Of a DNA stretch of 64,000 nucleotides, positions 1 through 10,104 are shown piece after piece. The first letter of the stretch is position 1. Every line of letters starts with the position of its first letter. The notes below the pieces were generated by a model. That model was given only the letters and a program-made list of their open reading frames with translations. It ran no database searches and was not told where the DNA came from. Source of the stretch: Polyangiaceae bacterium (GTDB lineage Bacteria; Myxococcota_A; Polyangia; Polyangiales; Polyangiaceae). The translations under genes were made by a program, and so were the position numbers. Location of the stretch: NCBI GenBank assembly GCA_965222375.1, contig CBDCTZ010000015.1, positions 512,001-576,000 on the forward strand. Direction: 5' to 3'.

Positions 1-371
1 TCACAGTGGTCAAGGCAGGAGCACTGATTGGCGGTCTGATCTCCAGCGGCGACGTGGTCTCGGTGATCGGCGGCGGCACCTATCTGACCGTCAAGGGCGG
101 GCAGTGCGACAAGCTCGACTGCATCGTGGAGATCGATCCCAAGACGGGCACGGTGTTGACGAATCTCGGCAGCGTTGCCCACGACGGCGTCTTCGGCTTG
201 GGCTTCTGGGCCGGCAAGGCCTACGGCTTCACAACCGCGGGCGAGCTCTTCGCAATCACCTTCCAGGGCACGAGCAACCAAACGACACCCATCGCAATCC
301 CAAACGCGCCCGCCGGATTGAAGTTCTGGGGCGCGGGCAGCACCACGAGCGCGCCGCCGGTGCCACGCTGA
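1..371 (+). CDS. 3' part of a secreted/lipoprotein beta-propeller-like protein (5' end outside window)
   Basis: Open frame from the window edge to TGA at 369-371; beta-rich sequence ending FWGAGSTTSAPP, a C-terminus typical of myxobacterial lipoproteins. Confidence 0.7.
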   Translation, partial: TVVKAGALIGGLISSGDVVSVIGGGTYLTVKGGQCDKLDCIVEIDPKTGTVLTNLGSVAHDGVFGLGFWAGKAYGFTTAGELFAITFQGTSNQTTPIAIPNAPAGLKFWGAGSTTSAPPVPR

Positions 372-437
372 ACAGGTCGCACAGCTCGAATTTTCGGCGC
401 CCACTGGCCCAAAGGGTCTGATAGGTTTGTGGGACCG

Positions 438-995
438 ATGCGGACTGCACTTGTGTTTTTGTCTTGTGCGCTGTTCATCAGCACGGGCTGCGACGAGAAG
501 AAGAAACCGCTGCCGAGCGCTCCGGAAAAGACCGCCTCGGCAAAGCCCAAAGCCTCGGCGGTCGTGGAGGAGCAACCGACCCAAGTGGCTTTGCCCCCCG
601 GCGTCACCGCATACCCGGACGCGGACGCGCCACCGCCGGCGCGGGAACCTCGCACGGGCGTATGCAGTTTCTTCGAGTCCAGCTACGACGGCATGAACTC
701 GAAGAGTACGGAGAAGCTGGTCATCAAGGTGAAGGAGGATCGCATCGTGGGAGCCAAGTACTCCTACCGAGGGTCCTATGCGCTTGATGGTGAAAAAGAG
801 GACTTGAACATGCCGCTGACGGAAGACAGCTGGGTATCCCTCGAAATGAAGATGACGAGTGGTACCAAGAAGTTCGAGTTCAAGATCAAAGAAGACGTAA
901 TGGACCTGAAGGGCACGGCTGCCTCCGACGCGCAGGGCGACTGCGCGTGGGAGGACTTAGACCGCAAAGACAAGCGCCGAATGCGCAAGAAGTGA
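438..995 (+). CDS. Hypothetical lipoprotein
   Basis: ATG 438; hydrophobic signal with lipobox ISTG-C, Pro/Ala linker, then a globular domain. Confidence 0.75.
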   Translation: MRTALVFLSCALFISTGCDEKKKPLPSAPEKTASAKPKASAVVEEQPTQVALPPGVTAYPDADAPPPAREPRTGVCSFFESSYDGMNSKSTEKLVIKVKEDRIVGAKYSYRGSYALDGEKEDLNMPLTEDSWVSLEMKMTSGTKKFEFKIKEDVMDLKGTAASDAQGDCAWEDLDRKDKRRMRKK

Positions 996-1047
996 GCAGG
1001 CGCGTGGCAGTTCCGCGCGCCTGTGACGCGGTGCTGGGGCATCGACA

Positions 1048-1308
1048 CTAGCTACGCGGCTCAGCGGTTGTATCTACGACGACGTCGGACGACTCCGGCT
1101 CTTTGTCGGAATCCTCGTCAATCTTCGAGACCCGTTCGGCCAGAGTGCCCAGGGCCGTCGCCGTCAGCTCGAGCGTGCGAGCACTGGTCTCGACAGACGC
1201 GCGCGCAACATGCAGGCCATAACGCGCCCAGGCTGCGCCTACGCGGGTGAGGGCGTCAGCGATTTGTTCGTAGTCGTTGCGGTCATGGGTTTCGGTTTGG
1301 GTGTTCAT
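1048..1308 (-). CDS. Small hypothetical helical protein, probably co-transcribed with the RHH gene
   Basis: 86 aa, GGAGA RBS upstream of ATG, amphipathic helix, 25 bp downstream of 1334..1855. Confidence 0.65.
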   Translation of the reverse strand: MNTQTETHDRNDYEQIADALTRVGAAWARYGLHVARASVETSARTLELTATALGTLAERVSKIDEDSDKEPESSDVVVDTTAEPRS

Positions 1309-1333
1309 GGTTTTCTCCGGTGTTGGGATCGCG

Positions 1334-1855
1334 TCAGCGACCTTTGGGGTTGGGGCTGCTCTCGCCGCCCGGCATACATTCTTCGCAAACGAAACGCGGA
1401 CGGCCGGGCTCGGCAGTCACGACGAGGCCGGCGTCGTCACCCTTGGCCAGCGCGGCGTCGCATTGCGCACACTTGCTGCGCGCTGCCATCACCACTGGCT
1501 GGTACGCAATCGCGTCTGCCAGGGGCGCCGGCTTGACCTTGGTGCGAATACGGTCCCGCTCGTCGTGCACGGTCTTGGCCGCGCGAGACAGGCGGTCTTC
1601 GACTTTCTCCGAAGCACGGTCGGCGATGGTGACGGCATCTTCGAGAATGGTGCGCACCAGGTTCGATACGGGCACCCGCAGGGCGCGCGCCGCGCTCTTG
1701 AGCTCAGCTTCGAGCACCGCGGGAATGCGGGTGTGCAGCACTCGCTCTTTCTTCGGGGTGTCATCCTTCGCCGAGTCCCCCGAGTCCGGGGCGGAGTCGG
1801 GTGCGGAATCCGGGGCCTTGTCGTTGTCTTCGTCGCGTGTCACGTCGTGATACAT
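1334..1855 (-). CDS. Ribbon-helix-helix-like DNA-binding protein with C-terminal CxxC...CxxC zinc finger
   Basis: ERVLHTRIPAVLEAELKSAARALRVPVSNLVRTILEDA fits the RHH strand-helix-helix pattern; CAQC and CEEC motifs; exact start uncertain. Confidence 0.65.
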   Translation of the reverse strand: MYHDVTRDEDNDKAPDSAPDSAPDSGDSAKDDTPKKERVLHTRIPAVLEAELKSAARALRVPVSNLVRTILEDAVTIADRASEKVEDRLSRAAKTVHDERDRIRTKVKPAPLADAIAYQPVVMAARSKCAQCDAALAKGDDAGLVVTAEPGRPRFVCEECMPGGESSPNPKGR

Positions 1856-1872
1856 GTGTCACGACGTGATAC
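1837..1872. promoter_or_regulatory. Tandem palindromic operator-like sites
   Basis: GTGTCACGTCGTGATAC (1837-1853) and GTGTCACGACGTGATAC (1856-1872), each a near-perfect palindrome, overlapping the RHH gene start. Confidence 0.55.
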
Positions 1873-2020
1873 GTGTCAAATACATTTCCAAATTTGTGAC
1901 TATTTCCGCTAACCAATGATGTTTCCAGTTAGTCTTACGACTAACTTTTCTGCCTGAGTGGCAACGGACTTGGCCCGAGGCGGGGCGGGATCGATACGAT
2001 TTCAATCGAGGAAACAACCC

Positions 2021-2458
2021 ATGAACGCCATGCTCGATATGCCCCCGGTCCGTGAAGTGCGCAGAACCGCCCGAATCAGCTGCCAGGTGGTTCGTTTGCG
2101 GGACTTTCGGCTCGTTGCGGACCAAATCCTGGACATCTCGGAGCACGGAATGCTCGTGGGTCCAGCCGACCCCGTGCTCACTGGGGACGAGGTCATCATC
2201 TCGTTTCAACCGCCTGGGCTCTTGGATTACATCGACGCCGAAGCCGTGGTTGCCCGCATCGTGCACGGACGTCGGCCCGGCGAGACCCGCAGGGAGCTGG
2301 GCCTAGAGCTGAGTTACGCCGATCGCTTCACCCGCAAGCTGCTCAAGGCCTTCTCGAGGCGGCTGCCCCCAGTCCCGCCGCGGTTTCGGCAGGGGATCTG
2401 GCGGGGCAAATCCCGAGTACCCGTGTTTTCCGCGCTGGCCCCCCTGCTCGTGGCCTGA
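2021..2458 (+). CDS. PilZ-domain protein (c-di-GMP receptor-like)
   Basis: RxxxR (RRTAR) followed by DISxxG (DISEHG), plus GAGGA RBS before ATG 2021. Confidence 0.75.
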   Translation: MNAMLDMPPVREVRRTARISCQVVRLRDFRLVADQILDISEHGMLVGPADPVLTGDEVIISFQPPGLLDYIDAEAVVARIVHGRRPGETRRELGLELSYADRFTRKLLKAFSRRLPPVPPRFRQGIWRGKSRVPVFSALAPLLVA

Positions 2459-2655
2459 CCCAACACAACGGCCTGCGGACGACCGTCTGTGGATAGCTTG
2501 GGGGCAAAGTGCGGTTAGATTCGTGCGTCTTTACGGGAGGTTGCCGTCCGCTGACAACCTTGCCCCAATGTTTTCCACAGCTTGGCGCGGCATCGACGCG
2601 TTTGGGCTGAACACGGTCGCGCCGCACCGAAATCGCGCATCCCGGGGCGCTGAGT

Positions 2656-3435
2656 TCAGCAACCGGGGCACGCAGCGAACAGACACTGATTGACGGCGTC
2701 GAAGGCGGGCTTTCCGGCGGGGTTGCTACTGATGCAGTTCTGGACGCAGACCGAGTCACCGGGCGGGCAGCCCTGGGCGCAGGTCAAGATCGCGATGCAA
2801 GAGGAGTTCGCTTGGCAGGCAGCAGCCGGCGCCGCGCAGGGGCCACCCAACGCACCCTGGAGGCAGTTGAGGCAACTCGAGCCCCCGGTGCCTCCTGAGC
2901 CGCCAAGTGCACCAAAGCCGCCGGTCGCGCCAACTCCGCCGGTTGCACCGATGCCACCTGTCGCCCCAATGCCACCCGTGGCCCCGATACCACCCGTGGC
3001 TCCGATGCCCCCCGTCGCGCCAACGCCCCCCGTTGCGCCAACGCCCCCCGTCGCGCCAACGCCCCCCGTTGCGCCAACGCCCCCCGTTGCGCCAACGCCC
3101 CCCGTCGCTACAACGCCGCCTGTGGCGCCAACTCCGCCGCTCGCAGAAACGCCGCCCTGACCACCGAAGGCGCCAAATCCACCGCTGTTGCCGACGCCAC
3201 CGGAAGCGGCACCACCAACGGCGCCTGCTCCGCCGCTACCGGAAGCTGCGCCTACGCCTCCGGTACCCGAAACCTGCTCGCAGACGCCGCTGGCGTTGCA
3301 AACGAAACCTGTGGGGCAGGTGCCTCCGTCGACACAAAAGGCGGCTCCGCCTCCGCCCACACCGCCGCTGCTGCAGCCCAGGGCAACCGTCAGCGACACG
3401 AATAGGGTGCCAGAGCCAAATACGCTTCTAGCCAT
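2656..3435 (-). CDS. Lipoprotein with Gly-rich repeat linker and Cys-rich C-terminal domain
   Basis: Lipobox ALG-C; about 12 copies of GATGG(V/I); C-terminal C..C...CxxxCxxxC helical Cys domain. Confidence 0.8.
   Translation of the reverse strand: MARSVFGSGTLFVSLTVALGCSSGGVGGGGAAFCVDGGTCPTGFVCNASGVCEQVSGTGGVGAASGSGGAGAVGGAASGGVGNSGGFGAFGGQGGVSASGGVGATGGVVATGGVGATGGVGATGGVGATGGVGATGGVGATGGIGATGGIGATGGIGATGGIGATGGVGATGGFGALGGSGGTGGSSCLNCLQGALGGPCAAPAAACQANSSCIAILTCAQGCPPGDSVCVQNCISSNPAGKPAFDAVNQCLFAACPGC
2925..3140 (-). repeat. Coding 18-bp tandem repeat (GATGGV/I)
   Basis: Repeated gccaacgccccccgt(t/c)gc units. Confidence 0.8.
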
Positions 3436-3581
3436 TTTCGCCCACTACGCCGTTCGGCAGCAGGCCTCCCCTGCGGCCAGAAAAAATTGCTTCCAATGTT
3501 TTGCGGGCTTTGCCAGACGCGTTTCGGCGCGCCCAACCGAAAGGTGGGACGCGCCGATGTGACCAATGACTCAGCGGTGAA

Positions 3582-4052
3582 TCAGAGGCCGCACTCAACC
3601 TTGCACTTGGACTGCAAGCACGCGATTACACCCTGAAAAACTTGAACCCCCGCTGGATTGTTGCTGATGCAATTCTGAAGACAGGTCCCATCACCGGCAC
3701 AGCCGTTCGCACAGGTCAGCAGCTTGTTGCAGTCTGGGCTCGCGGTGCAGGCGTCGTTCTCCGCCTTGCACTGCGTGCTGCCACAGTTCACGCAGTCTTG
3801 GCCAACGCCACCATCCGTTGCTCCGGTCCCACCAGCTGCGGCGGTACCGCCCGCACCACCGCTGGCGCCAACGCCACCCGTTGCAGAGCCCGCCGAACCG
3901 GCTTGGCCGCCACTCGCACCGAACGCACCGACGCCGCCGGTGCCCGAACCGCCAGCCCCGCTGCCACCGGTACCCGTGCCACCGCCATCGTCATCGCTGC
4001 TGCAAGCCAGAACCATGAGAGACGCGGCAAAAACAAAAGACACGGAACGCAT
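3582..4052 (-). CDS. Lipoprotein with Gly linker and Cys-rich domain, paralog of 2656..3435
   Basis: AGGAGG RBS; lipobox VLA-C; shares C(V/L)QNCISxNPAG with the neighbouring gene. Confidence 0.8.
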   Translation of the reverse strand: MRSVSFVFAASLMVLACSSDDDGGGTGTGGSGAGGSGTGGVGAFGASGGQAGSAGSATGGVGASGGAGGTAAAGGTGATDGGVGQDCVNCGSTQCKAENDACTASPDCNKLLTCANGCAGDGTCLQNCISNNPAGVQVFQGVIACLQSKCKVECGL

Positions 4053-4133
4053 GAGTGACTCCTCCTGTTAGGCGGCCAGGAAGGTAGCAGCGGTTCGGAC
4101 GACGTTCAACCATTAGGAGCCGCGAACAGTCGT

Positions 4134-6410
4134 TTAGCGCGCCAGACCCGGCGGGATCTCCGCATTGATGAGGCGCGGGTCGAGGCGCACCACGGGCTCC
4201 AACCCCTCGCCTCCGGAGTAGTTGAACGACAAACTCAGGGTCCCTGCTGGAAGAATGCCGGCACGCAGGAGGTTCCCGGACTGCACGCCTATCAGGTCGT
4301 CGGTCTCCTTCCGGGTGACCCTGCGCTTGGCGTCTGCGCGACGCTTGCACACCACTCCGGCACCACACTTCTCTGTGTCCTGGAGCGCAGCAATTTCACG
4401 CGTCCACATCAAGTGGAACAGTCGCACGCTCGCAGCAACGCCGACTCCCTTGACCTTGTCGAGAAGCGTATTGAGACGCTCGGCGTAATCCTTGCGCTCG
4501 CTGCCGGTGGTTGCGCGCGCACGCAGAGCAAACAGATAAGTCTTCGCTAGAAGCGCTAGGTCCGCCTCGGTACTTCCCGGCGGCAGGGCCGGAGTGCTGC
4601 TCACGACCTGGGACAGCATCTCGGCGGCTTCACCGCCCTTGCCCAAGCGCGACAGAGCTCCCGCTCGATCCAAGGCAGCCCGTAGGCGCAGTTCGTGGGG
4701 AACGCCGGGTTCCACGAGGTTGCGGGTCACCTGCTCCAAGACCTTGTGATCGCTTTCCTCTCCGGACATCGCGGCGGACGCTTCGGCAACCAACAGCACC
4801 AGCCGAGCACGCTGAAGGGCCTGGGTGTCCGCCTCCGGCATCAGTGCTGCCATGTTGTTGATGGCGTCCTTGGCAAGATCTGACTGCTTGCGGCCAACGG
4901 CGTACCAAATCCGAAGCACTTCACGGGCAATGCGATTGCGCGGGTCGATGTCGTCGGGAAGCTTCTCCACGAGCCCCAGCACATCCCTTTCCTGGGCCAA
5001 GGAAGCGGCCACTGCCAACAATCCTGCTTGGGCCAATCGCTCTTTGGGTTGCTCACTGATCAGCGCTTCCGCGCGCTTGATCAGTTCTCGTTGCAGCTTC
5101 GTACTGATGGCCGTACGAGTCCCCTTCTTCTTTTTGACGGATGCTTCGAAAGCCGCCGAGAGAACATCCACGAACAGCACCACACCGCGAAATCGGGAAG
5201 AAACCCTCGCAGCGTCCTTGCTGCCCTGGCTCAGGGTAGCAAGGCGACTACGAAAATCTGCGGCTGCCTTTTCTGGATCCGACGGGTCTTGGGTCAGGGT
5301 AGCAAAGGTCCAGGGGATGACATGCGCCAGGCCCAAGTAGGTCTCGACGCCCCACTCCGTGCGACCGCCGCCGCTCTTCCAAGCCGCCTGGAGGAGTGCG
5401 ATGGCATTCTTGGGCCGCGGATCCTGGGACCAAGCCGCGGCGCACACGATCTCGTTGCCAACGCCTTCGGGCAGACCAGGGCACACGGTCGCTTCCACTT
5501 CAGCGGTGGCCAGCGCTGCGGCAAAGTCGAGGTCCTTTTCTGCGCGAGCCCGATGTGGCAAAAGCAGCTTCTTGGCATCGTCGTGACGACCCAAGAACGA
5601 AAGCGCACGCGCCACTTCCGTCAACGCCTCCGGCCCTAGAGCGTCGCTGGCCTTCTTCGCGAGCTTGGCGTTGTCGATAGTCTTGTGCACCACCAAGGCG
5701 CGGCGCTCCACCGACGCACCAGTTCCCGCCCGAGCCAAGGCGGCCTTGGCTGCGTCCACATCCAGCTCCCAGGCCGCGGCGGTTGCCAAGTAAAGCCAGT
5801 GTTCCGGCTTGTTATCGATGTCCGTGAGCAGCTGCCGCGCAAGACGTCGCAAGTCGACGCGCCCGAGGGTGCGGGCAGCGCGATCAATCGCGAGGATGAG
5901 ATCACGATCCACCGGTGCCGACGAACCCAGCTCGACGGCACGCGCGCGCAGGAAAGAACGCGCGGCGCGTCGACTCAGCTCGGCCACTCCCGCGATCAGC
6001 TCGGGCCCAGGATTGCGGGAAGGGCGCAGCGCCAAGACCTCGTCCGCTGCAGCGCGGGTCGTGCCCAGAGCCGCAAACGCAAACTTGGATGAACCCCCAG
6101 CGACCAAGTGAAGCAACGGCCGAGCTTGGGCGCCTTCGTCGCCCGCTAGCGCTTTGCGCTGTTGGGGGTTCAGGGTCCCAACCAACTTGCTGGCATGCTG
6201 AAACAGCTCCGGCCCCACTGCGCGAGCCACGTCCGCCGTGGATGCAGGCTCGAGAAATAGCAGTGCTCGAGCCAACCGCTCCCGCGCCGTCACTGGCGGC
6301 TTGGGCTTCTTGGCATCGGCCGTCGTCGCCACCGGCGCAGCCGGCGGGGGCGCCGCAGGGCCGCAGCTCAATAGTGCCAAACAGAAAACCGAAGCAGTGC
6401 GACGAAGCAT
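4134..6410 (-). CDS. Large alpha-helical (TPR-like) hypothetical lipoprotein
   Basis: 758-aa ORF, lipobox LLS-C, Ala/Leu-rich helical repeats. Confidence 0.7.
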   Translation of the reverse strand: MLRRTASVFCLALLSCGPAAPPPAAPVATTADAKKPKPPVTARERLARALLFLEPASTADVARAVGPELFQHASKLVGTLNPQQRKALAGDEGAQARPLLHLVAGGSSKFAFAALGTTRAAADEVLALRPSRNPGPELIAGVAELSRRAARSFLRARAVELGSSAPVDRDLILAIDRAARTLGRVDLRRLARQLLTDIDNKPEHWLYLATAAAWELDVDAAKAALARAGTGASVERRALVVHKTIDNAKLAKKASDALGPEALTEVARALSFLGRHDDAKKLLLPHRARAEKDLDFAAALATAEVEATVCPGLPEGVGNEIVCAAAWSQDPRPKNAIALLQAAWKSGGGRTEWGVETYLGLAHVIPWTFATLTQDPSDPEKAAADFRSRLATLSQGSKDAARVSSRFRGVVLFVDVLSAAFEASVKKKKGTRTAISTKLQRELIKRAEALISEQPKERLAQAGLLAVAASLAQERDVLGLVEKLPDDIDPRNRIAREVLRIWYAVGRKQSDLAKDAINNMAALMPEADTQALQRARLVLLVAEASAAMSGEESDHKVLEQVTRNLVEPGVPHELRLRAALDRAGALSRLGKGGEAAEMLSQVVSSTPALPPGSTEADLALLAKTYLFALRARATTGSERKDYAERLNTLLDKVKGVGVAASVRLFHLMWTREIAALQDTEKCGAGVVCKRRADAKRRVTRKETDDLIGVQSGNLLRAGILPAGTLSLSFNYSGGEGLEPVVRLDPRLINAEIPPGLAR

Positions 6411-6645
6411 GCGGGTTCGTAGCGCTCTTTGTGGTGCGCGTCACCTGGGGTCGCGTCGGTGGGGGTTGTTCAACTCGAGCGAGACGCTTTCGGCACAGGA
6501 TACGGCACGCAGGGTCGAATAAATGCGCTGCGGCCAAGCGGGCGCCCTGCAGCCCGCATGTCAGTTCGGCGTGGCAGGCAACGTCTACTTTCGAAAAGAA
6601 GCCTAACTCGTGGTCCGACGTTGAGTTACGCTGTTGGATTCCGGT

Positions 6646-8457
6646 ATGCGGTACCAGTTCACTGTCGCAGTGTCCTTGCTCGGACTCCTTCACGTTGCAC
6701 CGGCGTGCTCCGGCGACAACGCGGGAGGCGGAACCGGCGGGGTGACGACGGACGCAAACTTCTTGTTGCCGGATAGCGCGAGTTCCGGAGGCAGCGGCCT
6801 GGGTGGCGCGGGCGGAGCGGGAGCCGGTTCTGGCGGCACGGCCATGGACGCCGGCGGCACGGCCGGCGCGGATGCTTCCGCAGATGCCTTGATCGATGCA
6901 GCCGGTGACGCCACCGGTGGCGCGGCGGGTGACGCGACAACAGACTCGCCAGCTGATGCCGCCGCCGACACATCCATCCAAGATGCAACTGGCGATGGCG
7001 CACCCGACGCCTCAGGGGAGGCGTCCACTGACGCGGCCGGGTGCCCACCGAGCACCTGGCGCTGCAACGGCGACGCCTTGGAGCAATGCGCCATTGACGG
7101 TAGTGGATACGCGCTGGTCAAAACCTGCAAAGCAGGGCTGTGCCATGCCGCATCTGGCGTTTGTCTGGAATGCTCGAATCCAGGCCAATGCCCCTCGCCT
7201 CCTGAGTGCCTTCAGACAACATGCGCCTCGGGCATCTGCGGAACAACGCCCGTAGGTGCCGGCCTAGCGTGCAGCACGGGCGTGTGCAATGGCGTCGGCG
7301 GGTGCGGAGTCTGTCTACCTGGCAGTAGCCGTTGCGCGGGCTCGACTCGAGAGGTGTGCAGCGCGACCGGTAGCTGGCAGACCGACCAAGTTTGTCCATT
7401 CGTCTGTTCGTCCGGCAGCTGCGTGGGCGTGTGCGTTCCGGGTAGCAAGGGCTGCTCGGGTGCCACGGCTCAGGTCTGCAGCACTGGGGGCAATTGGCAG
7501 GCCAGTGAGGTGTGCGCTGGCAGTACCCCTGCATGCCAGGAGGGATACTGCCAACCGCAGCCGCCCAGCTGCGCTGGACTGGCAGCTACCTGCGGCGCTT
7601 CCGCAACATCGGGTTGTTGTTTCACCCGACAGGTCCCAGCACAATCATTCAAGCGAAGCTACGATGCGGTGCTCTACACCGATCCGTCCTTCGATGCTCA
7701 GGTCAGCGCGCTTTGGGTCGACAGCTACGAAGTGACAGTGGGGCGCTTCCGCAAGTTCGTTCAGGCGGGGCACGGTACCAGCGCGTCACCCCCCGCGCCC
7801 GGGGCCGGCGCGCACCCAAAGCTCTCCGGGAGTGGGTGGCAAGCGAGCTGGAACGGCGAGCTGGCTGCGAACACGGCAGCGCTAGAATCGAGCCTTGCGT
7901 GCAACGCGCTCTCGACGTGGACTGCAACCCCGAGCACCAACGAGACGCGACCGATCAACTGCGTTTCCTGGTACGAGGCCTTTGCCTTTTGCGCATGGGA
8001 TGGTGGGCGCCTCCCGACCGAAGCCGAGTGGAACCTCACTGCCAGTGGTGGCTCGGAACAGCGAGTCTATCCCTGGTCGGCACCGCCAACGAATACGACC
8101 TTGGGCTCGACCAACGCGAGCTATTGGGTAGACGCCACGAACACATGCATGGGCGATGGCACACCAGGTTGCACGGTGAGTGACTTGATATTCGCCGGGT
8201 CCAAGCCAGCCGGCGTGGGCCGATGGGGGCACTTCGAGTTGGCAGGCAACGTGGCGGAGTGGACGCTGGACGCATTCACGAACCCCTATGCGACCAACCC
8301 GTGCAATGACTGCGCGAGTCTCTCTGGCTCGACCAAGGCAATTCGCGGAGGCAGCTTCTTTGGGCAGTTGGCCCAACTGCCCACCAGCAGCCGCGCCTTC
8401 GGCGACGGGGCGCAGCGCTTCTTCACGGTCGGGCTCCGCTGCGCGCGGGATCTATAG
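6646..8457 (+). CDS. SUMF1/FGE-sulfatase-domain lipoprotein with Cys-rich repeats
   Basis: YEVTVGRFRKFV, PINCVSWYEAFAFCAWDGGRLPTEAEW, GNVAEW, RGGS, GLRCAR motifs; lipobox APA-C. Confidence 0.9.
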   Translation: MRYQFTVAVSLLGLLHVAPACSGDNAGGGTGGVTTDANFLLPDSASSGGSGLGGAGGAGAGSGGTAMDAGGTAGADASADALIDAAGDATGGAAGDATTDSPADAAADTSIQDATGDGAPDASGEASTDAAGCPPSTWRCNGDALEQCAIDGSGYALVKTCKAGLCHAASGVCLECSNPGQCPSPPECLQTTCASGICGTTPVGAGLACSTGVCNGVGGCGVCLPGSSRCAGSTREVCSATGSWQTDQVCPFVCSSGSCVGVCVPGSKGCSGATAQVCSTGGNWQASEVCAGSTPACQEGYCQPQPPSCAGLAATCGASATSGCCFTRQVPAQSFKRSYDAVLYTDPSFDAQVSALWVDSYEVTVGRFRKFVQAGHGTSASPPAPGAGAHPKLSGSGWQASWNGELAANTAALESSLACNALSTWTATPSTNETRPINCVSWYEAFAFCAWDGGRLPTEAEWNLTASGGSEQRVYPWSAPPTNTTLGSTNASYWVDATNTCMGDGTPGCTVSDLIFAGSKPAGVGRWGHFELAGNVAEWTLDAFTNPYATNPCNDCASLSGSTKAIRGGSFFGQLAQLPTSSRAFGDGAQRFFTVGLRCARDL

Positions 8458-8542
8458 CGAACTGAAGCCCCAACCCCGTTACAGTTGACTTGGGCCCCCG
8501 GCGGGTGGGATCCTAATTAGATCTCTGAGGGGACGTGTATCG

Positions 8543-10051
8543 ATGCGCAATTTCGCTTATGTAACACTTGGGGCAATATCCACGGGCGCCTGGCTGGTAC
8601 TCGCGAGTTGCTCCGCGGCTGAAGATCCGGAGGTCGAGCCGACGAAGGCGGTGCCAGCCGCCATCTTGGGGGGGTGCCAGCAGAAGACCTACCAATCCCC
8701 TTGTGACCCCGACGGCGCAGGACCGCTAAGTGAATGTCAGGGCGTGTGCGACGTCGCGTTAGACGGAAAGATGACGTGCTTTCCCATCTCCCAATTCGGA
8801 TTGGCAAATCTGGACGGCCGCCTCTGCGGAGACGACTCACTGTGCTCCTCGTCTTGTTCAGGGACCGTGTGCGTCACGACGCCGGCGCCGGACGGCACGG
8901 CTTGCCGCCCATCGAACATCCATGACAAATGCGCCGGCGCCTGCTTGGCGGGAACCTGCCAACTTCTGGATCCATCGAACCGCTGCGACTACGGGCGACC
9001 CACGGGTCAGGGCTGTGTGTTCGAAGCCTGCAACCCGCTCAACGTCACCCAGTGCGTCACCAACGACCTACCGGCGGGCACGAAGTGCGGGAGCGGGACC
9101 TGCAACGGAACCGGCAGCTGTGGGCCAGCAACGGATTCCGGAACTGGCGGTGCCGGGGGAACTGACGGTGGCGCAGGCACGGGCGGCGGTGCAGGCACGG
9201 GCGGCGCGGGTGGCACCGGCGGCGGTGCAGGCACAGGCGGCGCGGGTGGCACCGGCGGTGGCGCAGGCACGGGCGGCGCGGGTGGCACCGGCGGTGGCGC
9301 AGGCACGGGCGGCGCGGGTGGCACCGGCGGCGCGGGTGGCACCGGCGGCGGTGCAGGCACAGGCGGCGCGGGTGGCACCGGCGGCGGTGCAGGCACAGGC
9401 GGCGCGGGTGGCACCGGCGGCGGTGCAGGCACAGGCGGCGCGGGTGGCACCGGCGGCGGCGCGGGCACGGGCGGCGCGGGTGGCACCGGCGGCGGTGCAG
9501 GCACAGGCGGCGCGGGTGGCACCGGCGGCGGTGCAGGCACGGGCGGCGCGGGAACCGGCGGCGGCGCGGGAACCGGCGGCGGCGCCGGCACCGGCGGTAG
9601 CGCAGGAACGGGCGGCGCAGCGGGCAGCGGCGGCGGCGCGGGAACCGGCGGTGGTGCGGGAACGGGCGGCGCAGCGGGCAGCGGCGGCGGCGCGGGAACC
9701 GGCGGTGGCGCGGGAACGGGCGGCGCAGCGGGCAGCGGCGGCAGTGCCGGAGCGGCAGGAGCAGCAGGGGCGGCCGGCACGGGCGGAGCGGCGGGCTCGA
9801 GCGGAGCTGGAGGCAGCGGCGCTGTTGCTGGCGGCGGCGCAGGCGGAAGTGGTGGCGACGCGGGTACCGCGGGTACAAGCGGCAGCGGTGGAGCGCAAAC
9901 CGATGCTGGCGTCGCAGGCAACGCCGGCACCGACGCCATCGTGGAAGGCGGGGGCTGTGACTGCTCACTGCCCTCGAAACGATCACCAGGTTCCGGTTGG
10001 CTCGTCGCGCTCGGCGCGTTGGCCGCACTGTGGCGACGCCGCCGTATCTGA
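8543..10051 (+). CDS. MYXO-CTERM surface protein with Cys-rich domain and long Gly/Ala/Thr stalk (TraA-like architecture)
   Basis: Signal peptide, Cys-rich region, about 250-aa GGTGGGAGTGGA stalk, GGGCDC + hydrophobic helix + RRRR tail. Confidence 0.85.
   Translation: MRNFAYVTLGAISTGAWLVLASCSAAEDPEVEPTKAVPAAILGGCQQKTYQSPCDPDGAGPLSECQGVCDVALDGKMTCFPISQFGLANLDGRLCGDDSLCSSSCSGTVCVTTPAPDGTACRPSNIHDKCAGACLAGTCQLLDPSNRCDYGRPTGQGCVFEACNPLNVTQCVTNDLPAGTKCGSGTCNGTGSCGPATDSGTGGAGGTDGGAGTGGGAGTGGAGGTGGGAGTGGAGGTGGGAGTGGAGGTGGGAGTGGAGGTGGAGGTGGGAGTGGAGGTGGGAGTGGAGGTGGGAGTGGAGGTGGGAGTGGAGGTGGGAGTGGAGGTGGGAGTGGAGTGGGAGTGGGAGTGGSAGTGGAAGSGGGAGTGGGAGTGGAAGSGGGAGTGGGAGTGGAAGSGGSAGAAGAAGAAGTGGAAGSSGAGGSGAVAGGGAGGSGGDAGTAGTSGSGGAQTDAGVAGNAGTDAIVEGGGCDCSLPSKRSPGSGWLVALGALAALWRRRRI
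9146..9800 (+). repeat. Coding tandem repeats (33-bp GGAGGTGGGAGT-type units)
   Basis: Near-identical ggcggcgcgggtggcaccggcggcggtgcaggcac(a/g) units. Confidence 0.85.
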
Positions 10052-10104
10052 TACTTCGCACGCTGCTAACTACATCTACGGGACATCCGCGGGGTTGAGC
10101 TGAA

